Of a DNA stretch of 64,000 nucleotides, positions 20,089 through 31,165 are shown piece by piece (position 1 is the stretch's first letter; the number at the start of each line of letters is the position of its first letter). The stretch spans positions 37,881-101,880 of the forward strand of contig CAWDNU010000005.1 of the NCBI GenBank assembly GCA_963803705.1, given 5' to 3'. This DNA comes from an uncultured Pseudobdellovibrionaceae bacterium (GTDB taxonomy: Bacteria > Bdellovibrionota > Bdellovibrionia > Bdellovibrionales > UBA1609). The notes under the pieces were generated by a model, which was given only the letters and a program-made list of their open reading frames with translations, made no database searches and had not been told where the DNA came from. The position numbers were made by a program, and so were the translations under genes.

Positions 20089-20889
20089 CTAAAACAAATA
20101 GCCAACATTAGCTGCGAAACTTGTAAAAGAATCGTTATCGGCGTTATCGGCCGCAGCGAAGATATAGCCGTACTCGACGCCAAAAGATACTTTTTCAGCT
20201 AAAACATAATTTAAGCCGACCATCGAGCTAAATTGATTTCCATTAATATTGAACTGACCATCGTTGTCAGGCAGCTCACGATCATAACTGGTTTTGGTGA
20301 AAAATCTAGAATAACTATTGCTCCAGTAAACAAGTAAGCCGCCATCGGCTTTAACACCAGCACTGATAGCCCCTCGTACCACTGGACCCTTAACATCAAA
20401 ATTATTTAAGAAAACCGTGCCAGTATCAACATCTGTATCGTCCATGGTTACGTAGCCTAACCCAAAAATGGCAGAAACAGAAAATCTGTTTTCAGGATCG
20501 TTTCTGTTTCCTATAAATTGATACTTTAATTTTACATAACTTGGTTGATCACCAATTGCTAGATCTAAAGATAAATCCATGTTTTCAGCTAGTGCTAAGT
20601 CAAAAAGTACAGATGATGCATCTAGCCCGCTTGCTCCGATATCATTTTCACCTTTATTTTTTTCGATTTTGGTATCACCTTCTTGTGGACCTGTGGCTCC
20701 GAAATCCATTTCTGTAACAATTGCGGTGACGTCCTGGTAGCCCACGAAACTTGCTTTAAATTTGTAAGCCTTTCCTTGAGTTTCAGAGGTGTCAAAATGG
20801 TGGTTTTTAAGTAGGAAGTAACTAGTGCTTGAGCACGCAGTACCGAAAATAAGAAACAAGGCAGTAAAAATAAATCTAGTTTTTTTCAT
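20089..20889 (-). CDS. Hypothetical lipoprotein with outer-membrane beta-barrel character
   Basis: Lipobox GTAC; amphipathic strands; C-terminal NVGYLF. Confidence 0.65.
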   Translation of the reverse strand: MKKTRFIFTALFLIFGTACSSTSYFLLKNHHFDTSETQGKAYKFKASFVGYQDVTAIVTEMDFGATGPQEGDTKIEKNKGENDIGASGLDASSVLFDLALAENMDLSLDLAIGDQPSYVKLKYQFIGNRNDPENRFSVSAIFGLGYVTMDDTDVDTGTVFLNNFDVKGPVVRGAISAGVKADGGLLVYWSNSYSRFFTKTSYDRELPDNDGQFNINGNQFSSMVGLNYVLAEKVSFGVEYGYIFAAADNADNDSFTSFAANVGYLF

Positions 20890-21128
20890 AGCATCACCTG
20901 TGGCTGAAGTTTTATGACTTAGATATAAGGGTGTTGCGGGAACATAACAACTAAAATATCATAAAGTTAGAGCAAGAATAATTTTTACATCTAAGAGGTT
21001 ATATTAGTGTTGTCAAAACGAACCATTGTTTAGACTGAGCAGTATTAAACAGCCAGATAAAATTTTTGACTCCTGAACAATTGAAGAGTGTTCAGAGAAT
21101 TTTAGAAAAATAAATAAGGAAGTATGAA

Positions 21129-21611
21129 GTGCATGATAAATTAAAAAATATAAAATTACTTTTAAGTGATGTCGACGGCGTCATGACGGATGCAACAATT
21201 TGGCTAGATTCGAATATGAAATGGAAACGTCGATTCAATGTCTTGGACGGTATGGGTTTAATTAGGCTTCAGACTCAAAATATAAAAGTTGGCATTATCA
21301 CAGCCTCAGACGCAGATGACGTCAGACTTAGGTTTAACTTTTTGAAAGTGGATTATTTTTACGAAAAATCATCTGACAAAGGACTAGCTCTTCAAGACGT
21401 TTTAAAGAAAACAGGTTTTGATTTATCAGAAATCGCTTATATTGGAGATGACCTTATGGATCTACCAGTGATCGAATCGGTAGGTTTCGGGGTTGCAGTT
21501 CCGAACTCTTTGGAAGAAGTGCAGGCCAAGGCAGATTATGTCACAAAAAGGTCTGGAGGAGCAGGAGCTGTTAGGGAAGTTTGCGAAATGATTCTGCGAG
21601 CTCAACGTTAA
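21129..21611 (+). CDS. kdsC: KDO 8-phosphate phosphatase
   Basis: DVDGVMTD, FNVLDG, YIGDDLMD and GGAGAVRE. Confidence 0.92.
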   Translation: MHDKLKNIKLLLSDVDGVMTDATIWLDSNMKWKRRFNVLDGMGLIRLQTQNIKVGIITASDADDVRLRFNFLKVDYFYEKSSDKGLALQDVLKKTGFDLSEIAYIGDDLMDLPVIESVGFGVAVPNSLEEVQAKADYVTKRSGGAGAVREVCEMILRAQR

Positions 21612-21658
21612 AAGTTTTTGTGCTTTTAAATGGTTCCAAATTTTAAGGAGTTTAAAGC

Positions 21659-22441
21659 ATGCAAAATTATATTTTTAAAAAGTCGATTTTAAAATTCGTA
21701 TGCATTTTTAGTATGATTGCAGGTTTGGCGCCGATTGCTGAGGCCAAAAAAATTAGGCTTTCGGAAGACGAACTTTCAAAAGAAGCTGTGATGCCTGTGT
21801 TTGACGAGCGAATAGTTATAAAAAACCGAAGAGTGTCTCATAAAGGGCGACTGGAGCTTGGGCTTTATGGTGGAAATGTTTTATCTGAGGCTATTTATGA
21901 TCCCCTTACATTTGGTGCGTCGCTTGCTTATCACTTTGATAACACTCACGGATTTTTAGCTACAATCGGTTTGTACCAAGACAAGTTGAGCGGCAACGGC
22001 TTGGCTCTTAAAAATGGTGAATCAATTCCGATCTCTGGAGCAGTTAGGTACTTTGATGCGTCCAGAGCTCCGCAGAAAGAATTCATGATTGCAGGACATT
22101 ACCAATATTCTGCATATTACGGAAAAATTAGCATCACTAAAGAGTCAGTTATGAATTTGTCTTTATATGGTCTTCTAGGAGGCGGAGTGTACTCCATAGG
22201 TGGCGAGATGGCACCGCTTGTTAATCTTGGTGTGGGACAGCGTTTTTATTTTACTAAAAGTATAGCCTTTAGATTAGATTTATTACTAAGTTCGTATTAC
22301 GGACCAGATATAACATCAACCGCTGGGACTCCAAATAGTTTAGATAATAGCACCCCGCAGCCAGATGTTGATCCCTCGGCTTTCCAGAAAAAAATTCTAT
22401 TTGATACCCAAATTAATTTCGGCGTGACCCTATTATTATAA
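21659..22441 (+). CDS. Gliding-associated outer-membrane beta-barrel (GltA/GltB/GltH-like)
   Basis: Signal peptide, VIKNR..., YYGK, NLGVGQRFY; first gene of the Agl/Glt cluster. Confidence 0.7.
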   Translation: MQNYIFKKSILKFVCIFSMIAGLAPIAEAKKIRLSEDELSKEAVMPVFDERIVIKNRRVSHKGRLELGLYGGNVLSEAIYDPLTFGASLAYHFDNTHGFLATIGLYQDKLSGNGLALKNGESIPISGAVRYFDASRAPQKEFMIAGHYQYSAYYGKISITKESVMNLSLYGLLGGGVYSIGGEMAPLVNLGVGQRFYFTKSIAFRLDLLLSSYYGPDITSTAGTPNSLDNSTPQPDVDPSAFQKKILFDTQINFGVTLLL

Positions 22442-22522
22442 ATATACGGTCTAGTTCTTATCTATTAACTTTCCATAAAGAGCAGCTCTGCTATCCTAAA
22501 TAATGAGAAGGTGTAAAAAGAA

Positions 22523-23234
22523 ATGACGAGAACAACATCTATTCTAATTATTTTATTGATAGTGATGTCCCAAGGGGCATGGGCTGAACAGTCTAACGAA
22601 GTGCAAAGCGCTAATGGCACTGAAGAGCTAGAATCTTTAGAGACGTATTCTGATATTGTGGTCATTCAAAAAAAGTTTTTTGAAAAGACCTCTAGATGGG
22701 AACTAAGCGTATCAGGGTTAACTTCTTTAAATAATAAGTTCTTCACTTCGGTGGGGGTTAAGGGGACTTTGGGCTATCATCTTTCTGAAAGGTGGGCCGT
22801 CGAGGGACAGGCCTGGTACTTGGCTGAAATCGATAAGGACTTTACATCTAACTTAGAAGACCAATATCAAATATCCGCAAATAATATTGTTACACCTCAG
22901 GCATATTTAGGTCTAAATTTAGTTTGGTCCCCGATATACGGAAAGTTATCTTTGCAAGAAAGATCAGTAAATCCTTTTGAGCTATTTTTTACATTTGGTG
23001 CTGGTGTGATTTTGACAAAAGATGATCAAACGGCACCTGCTCTAAATCTATCTTTCGGCCAAATCCATCCACTGACTAAAAATTCGACTTTAAGGTGGGA
23101 AATTGGCGGAAATATCTTCAGTGCTAAGGGCGATAAAGACTTAGTTGGAGATCAAAGGGGCGCGGATGTAATATCAGAAATTCATTTACGTTTCTGTCGG
23201 AGCCAGCTTCTTTTTCCCAGAGATTAGGAGGTAA
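22523..23234 (+). CDS. Gliding-associated outer-membrane beta-barrel (GltA/GltB-like); +1 indel near 23179
   Basis: IVVIQKKFFEK and WSPIYGKLS; corrected end EFIYVSVGASFFFPEIRR with TAA at 23232-23234. Confidence 0.7.
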
Positions 23235-23236
23235 AG

Positions 23237-24751
23237 GTGAAATACTACTTATATTACTTTTTGTAGCACCTTCGATGGCCTTGGCATCGCCAGCTCTTTC
23301 ACGAGCTGATTTCTTTTTAAAAAAAAATGATAACCAGCAAGCTGCACAAAGATTCTACGACATTATAACCAATTCTAAATATAAGAATGAACACAGTAAA
23401 GCTTTGTATTCTCTTTGGCTAAAGCATTGACTAAAATGGGTTTTAATCAATCGGCAGTATACTACCTTACAGCAATTGCAAGATTTAATTCTTCGTCTAA
23501 GTATATGGACCCTGCGTTCGAAGCATCTATACGAAATCGGCTTTCAAATTGGTGATGAATCAGCACTTAAGTATTCGTTGTCAAAAATTGATATTAAAAA
23601 GTTTCCTTCAAACAAAAAGGATCTGTTGTATTACAGGCTGGGCGAAGTTTACTTAGACAAGAAAAGCTTTAAAAATGCAATTGCTTCATATGCTAAAGTC
23701 ATCAGTAGTAGTAAGTTATACTCGAAAGCTAGATACAATATGGCACTTGCCTACGCAGAGACCAGAAACCCCAAGTCTAGCACTAAAATACTTCACCCAA
23801 GCAGCTAATGCCAGAAGAAAGTATGGAGCAACTGACACCCAAAGAGTTGGAGCACTAATAGGTACGAGCTAGAGCCTTATACCAAATGGGCAGCTGGGAT
23901 AGATCAATAACTGCTTACAAGATGGTTCCTAGGGATTCTACTTTGTGGCATGACGCTCTTTTTGAATCTACTTGGTCTTATTTAAGATCTGGTCGGTTTA
24001 GAAGTGCGATGAGTAACTTTCAGTCTTTGCACTCTAAGTTTTACGACTCATATTATTTGCCTGAGTCATTAATTTTAAGATCTATCGTTTATCTTTATAT
24101 TTGTAAATACGAAGAGGTGGATAAAGTCTTAACTACTTATGACAACACCTATTCTAAAGTTCAAAAGCGTTTATTTTCATACTTAAAAGAAAAAAGGCCT
24201 ACACAGGAAGATTTAATACAAATGAATCTTATGTTAGCGGATGTGGAGAAAGGAGAATTCTGTTGACACTAGTTATTCTGGTATCCCTGGCTTAGCGCTA
24301 AGGCATGTGTCTAGATCTGTTTCTTTCAAGAAGAAATAATAGATATTTGAAAATGCTTTATAATGAACGAGCTTTAAATTCTAAACAGAATGATTTTTGG
24401 AAACGCTCTGGTCTTGGTCAACAGATTACTAAAAATTTAAAACGCCGAATATCTTCAACTGAAAAATATACAGCTTCAATGATTCGTCAGTCATTAGTTA
24501 AGATGAACGAAGAGTTACTAGAGTTTGGTGATCAAAAAGAATTTATTAAGGTAGAGGTCACAACAGCTAAGACTGAAGGCGCTTTAAAAAAAATCAGAGG
24601 AACTGACGACCCTTCGGACGCTATAACAGCTAAAAATTCTAGAGATTTTTATATTCTTAACGGCTATGAGTATTGGCCTTTTCAAGGAGAGTATTGGCTA
24701 GATGAAATTGGTAACTATCAATATGTAGGAGCTAGTCAGTGTACAAGATAA
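23237..24751 (+). pseudogene. gltC: GltC-like TPR gliding protein broken by at least six indels (probably assembly errors)
   Basis: Consecutive fragments include WHDALFESTW, YYLPESLILRSIVYLYIC and EYWPFQGEYWLDEIGNY...SQC (GltC C-terminus); AGGAGG then GTG at 23237. Confidence 0.75.
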
Positions 24752-27700
24752 TAAAAAAAAACTTCAAAAATTTTTATAGTTATAGAAATTGTTATGCAAA
24801 TGGCTTGGTTGCGATACTCCTAAAAATTTCTAATAATCGCTTTATCATTATGACTGCTTGTGTTGCATCATTAGTAGGTGGACTATCTCTGCAAGCAAAA
24901 ACAGTTGGTTCAATTATTAAAAATATAGAAAAAGCACCTGTATCCCTGCCCAAGACTCGATCTGCTTCTAGAAAGACCAAAGCCACTAAGGTCGATTTGA
25001 AGTTAGTTAGCCCTACCTCATCTGTGAACTCACTTTTCAAAGAGGGAACCAACGAGGCAGAGTACGAGAAGCTGTTAAATCAACAAATCAGCCAGCTCTA
25101 CGCTCTTTCTAGAAAAACCAGATCCAAGTCAATGCAAGGCGATGTTTGGCTAAGATTGGGAAAGGCCTACACTGAAAAGTCCGCTTTAGTCGAACAACGA
25201 ATCAACGAGAATTTTGATAAAAAAATGGAGCAGTATTTCGACAAGAAAAGATCTTCGAAACCTAGATTAGATATGTCTCCTGCTCAAACTTATAATAAAA
25301 AAGCTATCGAACTTTACAGATGGTATTTAAGAGACAATCCAAGAAGTCCAAGTTCAGATCAGGTGTTGTTCTTTTTAGGCTATAACACTATGGCATTAGG
25401 TGATGACTCGGCCAGCGTAAAGTACTATGAAGCGCTATCTAAAAGATACCCTAAGAGCGAATTTGTAGTTGAAGCAAATCTCTCTTTAGCGGACTATTAT
25501 TTTGATCAGGGTTCAAAAAACTATTCTCAGAGCAGAAAAAACTATCTAAAAGCAGAGCGTTTTTATAAAAAAATAATTCAAAGTAGATCTCGCTTATCTT
25601 CTATAGCCACTTATAAATTAGCTTGGGTAAACTTAAAACTTGGCCGTTCAACTAGAGCTTTGTCTTATATCACAAGAGTGATTCGAGATGGTAAATTTAA
25701 GGATCAAAGAAAAGTTTCCTCTGAAAGGTTAGCCCGTGAAGCCCAGAAAGAGCTTCCGATGTTCTACTCACAAGTGAGCGACTACAAGAAGGCTGTGCCG
25801 TATTTTAAAGCCTCTTTGCCCAAAAATGATGTAGCCAAATCACTAGAACAGTTGGCTCTACTTTACGCTGATTCGGGAAATAGGGATGGTGCTGGCTATC
25901 TTTTTGATTACCTATCCAGAACAGGAGATCTTTCTGTAGAAAAAGTTTTTGATTTCCAGCTTAAGAAAGTTCAGTTGGCTGAAACAAAAGGCGGCATCGT
26001 TAACTCCAGAACAGACCTTTTAGACTTAATTGATGGGTTCGGCCCCAACACCCGTTGGGCTAAAAAAGCCAGAAAGAAGCAAGTTTACGAAGTTCCATAC
26101 AGAAAAATGGAATCTTTACTTAAAAATTATGCTCTTTCGACCCATAAAGAGTCTAGACTCAGAAAAGACAACTTAAATTCAATGAGAAAAGCTGACGAAG
26201 CTTACCGACTCTATGAGAAGAACTTCGCAAAAGAAGACACCACCGGAGAGATGAAGTTCTTTCACGCAGAGCTTTTATACGAAGCCAATCAATTTGAAAA
26301 ATCGGCTGATATATATGGTGAAATTGCGAAATCAAAGAATTCTAAATATGCAGAAAAAGCACAGCTAAATGCCCTATTGGCTATTGAAAAAGTATTGCCA
26401 AGTATTGATGATATTAAAAAGAAAGTGGGTAGCTCTACTAAGATTTACCCCTTGAGTAAAGTTGAAAAGAAGTTTGTCACCTTAACTAAAGAGTATTTAG
26501 CTGATCCAAAAAATAAAGAGTCTAGAGTGGAGGTGCAATACAAATTAGCGTCTTTGCTGTATTCACATAATTATCTTGATGAAGCAGAAAAAGAATTCAA
26601 GGTTGTTATCAAAGAGCATCCAAAAACGCAGTACGCCGAGTACTCTACAAATCTAATACTAGATATCTACAGTTTAAGAAAAGACTATAAAGGTCTAGAA
26701 AGAGTTGGCAACGAACTATTAGATAAGAATTCAGTAAAAGATGAAAAAACTTTGGCTGAGGTAAAAAGTGTAGTTGAAAAGTCCGCATTTAAAAGTGCAG
26801 AGATGATCGAAAAATCAGGCGAACCGATTGATGCAGCAAAGGCTTACCTGGAATTTTATAAAAAATATCCTAAATCTACACTGGGATCATTGGCATTGTA
26901 TAATTCGGCCATTAATTTTGAAAAAGCAGATCGTAAGCTTTTGGCCATAGAGTCCTACGAGCGTTATCGAGCTATTTCCAACTTACAGCAACAAGAGTAC
27001 AGGAAAACTTATCTATTTTCGGGTATATTAAAAGAGTCATTAGGAGATCTTCCTGGTGCAGCCAGAGATTACGAAGCTTACATAAAAGTTGAGGATCCCA
27101 AAAATATAGAACCTAGTTTGTATTACAACATAGCTGTAATTTACGAGGGTTTGAAAAATTTTAGCAAAGTCACTTCCTACTTAAATCTCTACAGTCAGAA
27201 GGCAGGTTCAAACGAGGTTGAAAACATCGACTTTAGAATTGCTAGTTATGCCGACAGCCTAAGCTTAGTGAACGAGGCAATATCTTATTACAAGAAATAT
27301 ATATCAAATTCGAAAGCTGACAAAAAATTACGTATTGAATCAGTAGGTAGGCTAGCTCATCTTTACAGATCAGCTGGAAACAATAGCCAAATGCGATCAT
27401 ATTTCGAGCAGTCAATTAAGTTACAATCTTCAAATTCATCTAAAGAAAATGCAAAGTATGCTGCCGAAGCTATGTTCTTAAAGACAGACAAAATCTATGA
27501 TGATCTTAAATCAGTCACTATAAGCAGAAATCCTAAAACGCAACAGAGCCAAGTTCAACAAAAGATTAAGATGATCGAAGACCTTAGGAAATCGACAGAA
27601 AAAGTTATAGCCTACGATGTTCCAGAGTGGATTGTAGCGGCTCTGACTAAAATGGGGCAGGGTTACCAGCACTTAGCCTACTCGCTTGTATCCGCACCGG

Positions 27701-28623
27701 TTCCGAAAGATTTAAATTCAGCGGAAGCTATAGAGTATCGGGCCAAAATAGCAGAAATTGCGAACCCATTTAAACTAAATGCAATTAGGTCTTACCAGAA
27801 CGCTATCGATAGGGCGAAGTCTCTTTCAGGGTTTGGTCCGTATTATAAAATTGCTAGGGAAGAGCTTTTCAATCTTAGTCCAGATTCTACTTATCTGGCA
27901 GACGAAACTTCTTATGTCCTTTTAAATTATGACTCTAGTCTTGAAAACTCTGACGTAACTAAGCTTTTAAAAGGTGCCGGCAGTGACGAGTCTAAAGTCT
28001 TTGAAGCCTTGGGCCGTATTTTGGAAAAAGATAGTTCAAATGCTTTAGCGCACGAGTTTATGGCTAAATATTATTATGACAAGTCTATGTACCACATGGC
28101 GAAAATTTACCTATCTAAAATTGAAAAAAGCGCAGATTCGGCCAGAGTTTTTAATAATTTAGGATTTATACACCAGAAGTTGGCTGCCCAAGACGACGCT
28201 CAAAAGTATTTCGAGAAAGCGATCAATAAAGATCCAAGCTACGTATTAGCAAGGGCAAACTTTACAGCTAAGTTTGTACTAATGGATGGTTTTACTCCTA
28301 TTTTAAGTGATTTAGAAAGTTTATATAAAAAAACTAAATCTAGAGTTTCGAAAGAAGAGTTTTCAAAAAAAATAGCAATTAACTATGCAGTAGCACTGGC
28401 CAGAGTGCGCCAGTTTGGTGAGTCTGCAGACGTTTACAAGAAATTACTTAGATCATACCCTAAAGATCTTGCAATCCTGAAAAACCTATCCCTAGTGCTC
28501 GTAACTGGCGAAAAAAATAAAGTTGAAGGTGCTCAGGTCCTAGGTCAATTTAAATCTATTGCAAGAACGCAAAAGGATTTGAATAATATTAAGAGTATGG
28601 AAGGATATTTAAAAAGCCTATGA
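24739..28623 (+). CDS. gltD: Large TPR gliding protein GltD/AgmU-like, with a GltE-like C-terminal TPR extension
   Basis: 1294 aa with many TPRs; position between gltC and gltF; true start may be further downstream (for example ATG 24850). Confidence 0.75.
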   Translation: MYKIIKKNFKNFYSYRNCYANGLVAILLKISNNRFIIMTACVASLVGGLSLQAKTVGSIIKNIEKAPVSLPKTRSASRKTKATKVDLKLVSPTSSVNSLFKEGTNEAEYEKLLNQQISQLYALSRKTRSKSMQGDVWLRLGKAYTEKSALVEQRINENFDKKMEQYFDKKRSSKPRLDMSPAQTYNKKAIELYRWYLRDNPRSPSSDQVLFFLGYNTMALGDDSASVKYYEALSKRYPKSEFVVEANLSLADYYFDQGSKNYSQSRKNYLKAERFYKKIIQSRSRLSSIATYKLAWVNLKLGRSTRALSYITRVIRDGKFKDQRKVSSERLAREAQKELPMFYSQVSDYKKAVPYFKASLPKNDVAKSLEQLALLYADSGNRDGAGYLFDYLSRTGDLSVEKVFDFQLKKVQLAETKGGIVNSRTDLLDLIDGFGPNTRWAKKARKKQVYEVPYRKMESLLKNYALSTHKESRLRKDNLNSMRKADEAYRLYEKNFAKEDTTGEMKFFHAELLYEANQFEKSADIYGEIAKSKNSKYAEKAQLNALLAIEKVLPSIDDIKKKVGSSTKIYPLSKVEKKFVTLTKEYLADPKNKESRVEVQYKLASLLYSHNYLDEAEKEFKVVIKEHPKTQYAEYSTNLILDIYSLRKDYKGLERVGNELLDKNSVKDEKTLAEVKSVVEKSAFKSAEMIEKSGEPIDAAKAYLEFYKKYPKSTLGSLALYNSAINFEKADRKLLAIESYERYRAISNLQQQEYRKTYLFSGILKESLGDLPGAARDYEAYIKVEDPKNIEPSLYYNIAVIYEGLKNFSKVTSYLNLYSQKAGSNEVENIDFRIASYADSLSLVNEAISYYKKYISNSKADKKLRIESVGRLAHLYRSAGNNSQMRSYFEQSIKLQSSNSSKENAKYAAEAMFLKTDKIYDDLKSVTISRNPKTQQSQVQQKIKMIEDLRKSTEKVIAYDVPEWIVAALTKMGQGYQHLAYSLVSAPVPKDLNSAEAIEYRAKIAEIANPFKLNAIRSYQNAIDRAKSLSGFGPYYKIAREELFNLSPDSTYLADETSYVLLNYDSSLENSDVTKLLKGAGSDESKVFEALGRILEKDSSNALAHEFMAKYYYDKSMYHMAKIYLSKIEKSADSARVFNNLGFIHQKLAAQDDAQKYFEKAINKDPSYVLARANFTAKFVLMDGFTPILSDLESLYKKTKSRVSKEEFSKKIAINYAVALARVRQFGESADVYKKLLRSYPKDLAILKNLSLVLVTGEKNKVEGAQVLGQFKSIARTQKDLNNIKSMEGYLKSL

Positions 28624-28880
28624 GACTAAAATTAATATTTATAACTTTTATATTTTGTCTGTCTTCAGTCGCTGCTGGTCAAACCCCAACAAGCACGGAT
28701 AAAAGAAAAACTGTTCTATCTTTTGAGGATGAGTTGATTCAAGGCGATGTTTCATCCCCAGACTTATTTGTCATATTGAAAAATAAAAATATAAATTTTG
28801 GCAGGCTGCTGAAGCTTAGAAAAGATTTTATACCTGAAATGAGACAAACCCGAGAAGATGTACATGGGAGTCCAGATTGA
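28620..28880 (+). CDS. gltF: GltF-like small secreted gliding protein
   Basis: Signal peptide, LSFEDELIQG..SPD and LLKLRKDFIPEM. Confidence 0.75.
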   Translation: MRLKLIFITFIFCLSSVAAGQTPTSTDKRKTVLSFEDELIQGDVSSPDLFVILKNKNINFGRLLKLRKDFIPEMRQTREDVHGSPD

Positions 28881-31111
28881 GTGAACCTGTAGTTATAAGA
28901 GTCTTTTTTAAAGATAAATTAATTGCTGTTAAACAGTTTGATCAAGATCAGATTATAATCGGTAAAAAAGGCGATTCCGCTTTAGTTCTGCGCCACAAAG
29001 ATGTAGCTGAAATCCACTGTGTCATCGAAAAACGCGGTGAAAAGTATGTGCTCTGCGATCTCGGCTCTGAGGCCGGAACCATCATCCATAATGAAAAAGT
29101 GCTAGAGCATCCATTGAAATCGGGCGATGTATTTTTTATTAGTGAGCTTGAAGTTCATTTTTTTATTGGGTCACCGACTTTTACTGCTCCTCAGTCTAAA
29201 TCACAATCTTTAGATGAGAATAACGATTCTATAGTCTACATCGAAGATGAGAAAGCAGCACTTTCAGATTTAGGCGACGGGTTAAATGCACCCAAAAAAA
29301 AGAGTAAAGAGCATTCTCCATTTATCGCTTTGGGTGACAAAGAAAGAATTATCTCAAAAGGTCTACAACCCAAAGTAGACGATCAACAGGTCGTAGAACA
29401 AAGTAGAAAAACTTCTGCAGATAGCGTTGGCGAGCCTTTTAAGCAAAAGCCTGCAGCTCAACATAGTGCTTCTGGTTTTCAGATGATGAATTTGGGTGGT
29501 TCGCCTGAGCCTCAGGATAATTTGGGAGAAGGGCTTGATCATGCGCTAGGAACTTTTGCCCCACAATCTACTTTCGTAGATATAGATGAGTTTATTGATG
29601 TAAATAGTCGGGGTTCAGTTGTTGAAGTTTTGTTGACTTGGAAAGAACGTATTTTATCTGCTTCCCACTTTGATTCTAAACAAAAAGTTTACATGGGCAA
29701 TCACCCTGACTGCCAGCTGCAATTATCTTTGCTAGATTTCAAACACTATTTTATAAATATAGATAATGGCGCGGAAATCAGAATCCCTGATAGGATGGAT
29801 GGCTTTCTTTATCGCGGGCAACAACGAATTCCTTTTTCAAATTTAAAAAAATCTGGCCAACTTCAAGCTGACGGTGAAAGTTTTATTTTAACTTTAGGCC
29901 AGGGCGAGATGGTCCGTTGTTTTCTGATGGGTAGTCGGATTCAAGCCTATGTTAGATATGTAGAGCAGACGCCAAAAGCCATGCCTGTGCCGGTCTTTGA
30001 TTTTACAGTTTCAGAGCTTGTATCTATCGCCATGGCCTTTGTAATCTCGATCTTCATAGCCTTGTTTATGGCGTTCAATGTGCCACAAAGTTTAGACGAT
30101 ATAGACACCTTGATCGAAGATCAGTACAGAGTGGCTACGGTAGAATTTAAATCTTTACCAAAAATGAAGCCGGAACCTGTCGAGATCGAGGAAAAGAAAG
30201 TAGAGACCTTGCCTGAAAAGAAAGTCGTTAAAAAGGTCAGCGAGCAGAAGCAAAGGGTGAAGCCCATAGCTAAAGTAAAAAAACCAAGTAAGATTCCGAA
30301 GAAGCAGAGCTTAGGTAAAAAAGGTAAACCTAAAAAAGTTAAAGTGGTTGATAAAAACGCGGGCAAACCCAAAGCTGTTGCACCTAACAAGAACAAAGAG
30401 AAAAAAAACGGGTTGGTGTCGAATAAATCAGGCGGTGCCATAGGCACAGGTAAAGAGGGTGCAAACGCTCAGAGTAAGAAAAAAGACGTCACGAAATCGG
30501 GTCTACTTAGTATTCTAAGTTCAGGAGGAGCCGCTTCAAACCTAGACAAAGCTTATTCTGGTGCCGGGACAACTTTTGGATTAGCTGATAAAGCTACGGG
30601 TTTTGGTGGGCAAGCCCAAGACCGTCAAGGTGAAGGCCTTGGGACGGATTTAAAGAATGTTGGTGCTGGTGGTAAGGGGACATCTACAATAGGTATTTCT
30701 GGTGTTGGTTCAAAAGGTCGTGGCGGTGGCGCAAATAGCTATGGTGGTAATAATGGTCTTGGTGATAAGGGTGAAGTGGCAATTGTAAATATCGAAGGTA
30801 ACACAAATGACTTTGTCAGCACTATTGATAAAGAAGCCATTCGAAGAATTATCAGAAGCAATAGAAACGCTATTAAATCTTGCTACGATAAAGAGTTAAC
30901 TAGAAATCCTACGCTCTCTGGTAAGATCGTTTTACAGTGGCAGATCACAAACGGCGGCAAAATGATTAACTCAAAAGTTAAGAGTAATGACATGTCAACT
31001 AACACCCTTGGTCCTTGTATTATGAATCGCTTAAGAGTTTTACAATTTCCAGACCCTGGGCCAGTAGAAATAGCAGAAGTTGCGTTTCCATTCGTATTTG
31101 AGGCAAGATAA
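28877..31111 (+). CDS. gltG: GltG/AgmX/PglI-like protein (FHA, TM, Lys/Gly-rich region, TonB-C-like domain)
   Basis: N-terminal FHA (HCVIE, DLGSEAGT), TM helix, IKSCYDKEL...LSGKI...C...FPFVF. Confidence 0.8.
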   Translation: MSEPVVIRVFFKDKLIAVKQFDQDQIIIGKKGDSALVLRHKDVAEIHCVIEKRGEKYVLCDLGSEAGTIIHNEKVLEHPLKSGDVFFISELEVHFFIGSPTFTAPQSKSQSLDENNDSIVYIEDEKAALSDLGDGLNAPKKKSKEHSPFIALGDKERIISKGLQPKVDDQQVVEQSRKTSADSVGEPFKQKPAAQHSASGFQMMNLGGSPEPQDNLGEGLDHALGTFAPQSTFVDIDEFIDVNSRGSVVEVLLTWKERILSASHFDSKQKVYMGNHPDCQLQLSLLDFKHYFINIDNGAEIRIPDRMDGFLYRGQQRIPFSNLKKSGQLQADGESFILTLGQGEMVRCFLMGSRIQAYVRYVEQTPKAMPVPVFDFTVSELVSIAMAFVISIFIALFMAFNVPQSLDDIDTLIEDQYRVATVEFKSLPKMKPEPVEIEEKKVETLPEKKVVKKVSEQKQRVKPIAKVKKPSKIPKKQSLGKKGKPKKVKVVDKNAGKPKAVAPNKNKEKKNGLVSNKSGGAIGTGKEGANAQSKKKDVTKSGLLSILSSGGAASNLDKAYSGAGTTFGLADKATGFGGQAQDRQGEGLGTDLKNVGAGGKGTSTIGISGVGSKGRGGGANSYGGNNGLGDKGEVAIVNIEGNTNDFVSTIDKEAIRRIIRSNRNAIKSCYDKELTRNPTLSGKIVLQWQITNGGKMINSKVKSNDMSTNTLGPCIMNRLRVLQFPDPGPVEIAEVAFPFVFEAR

Positions 31112-31165
31112 AATAAGAGTAGTTTTTTTTAGTTAATTTTTGTTAGTACATCAGGAGGAATCACC

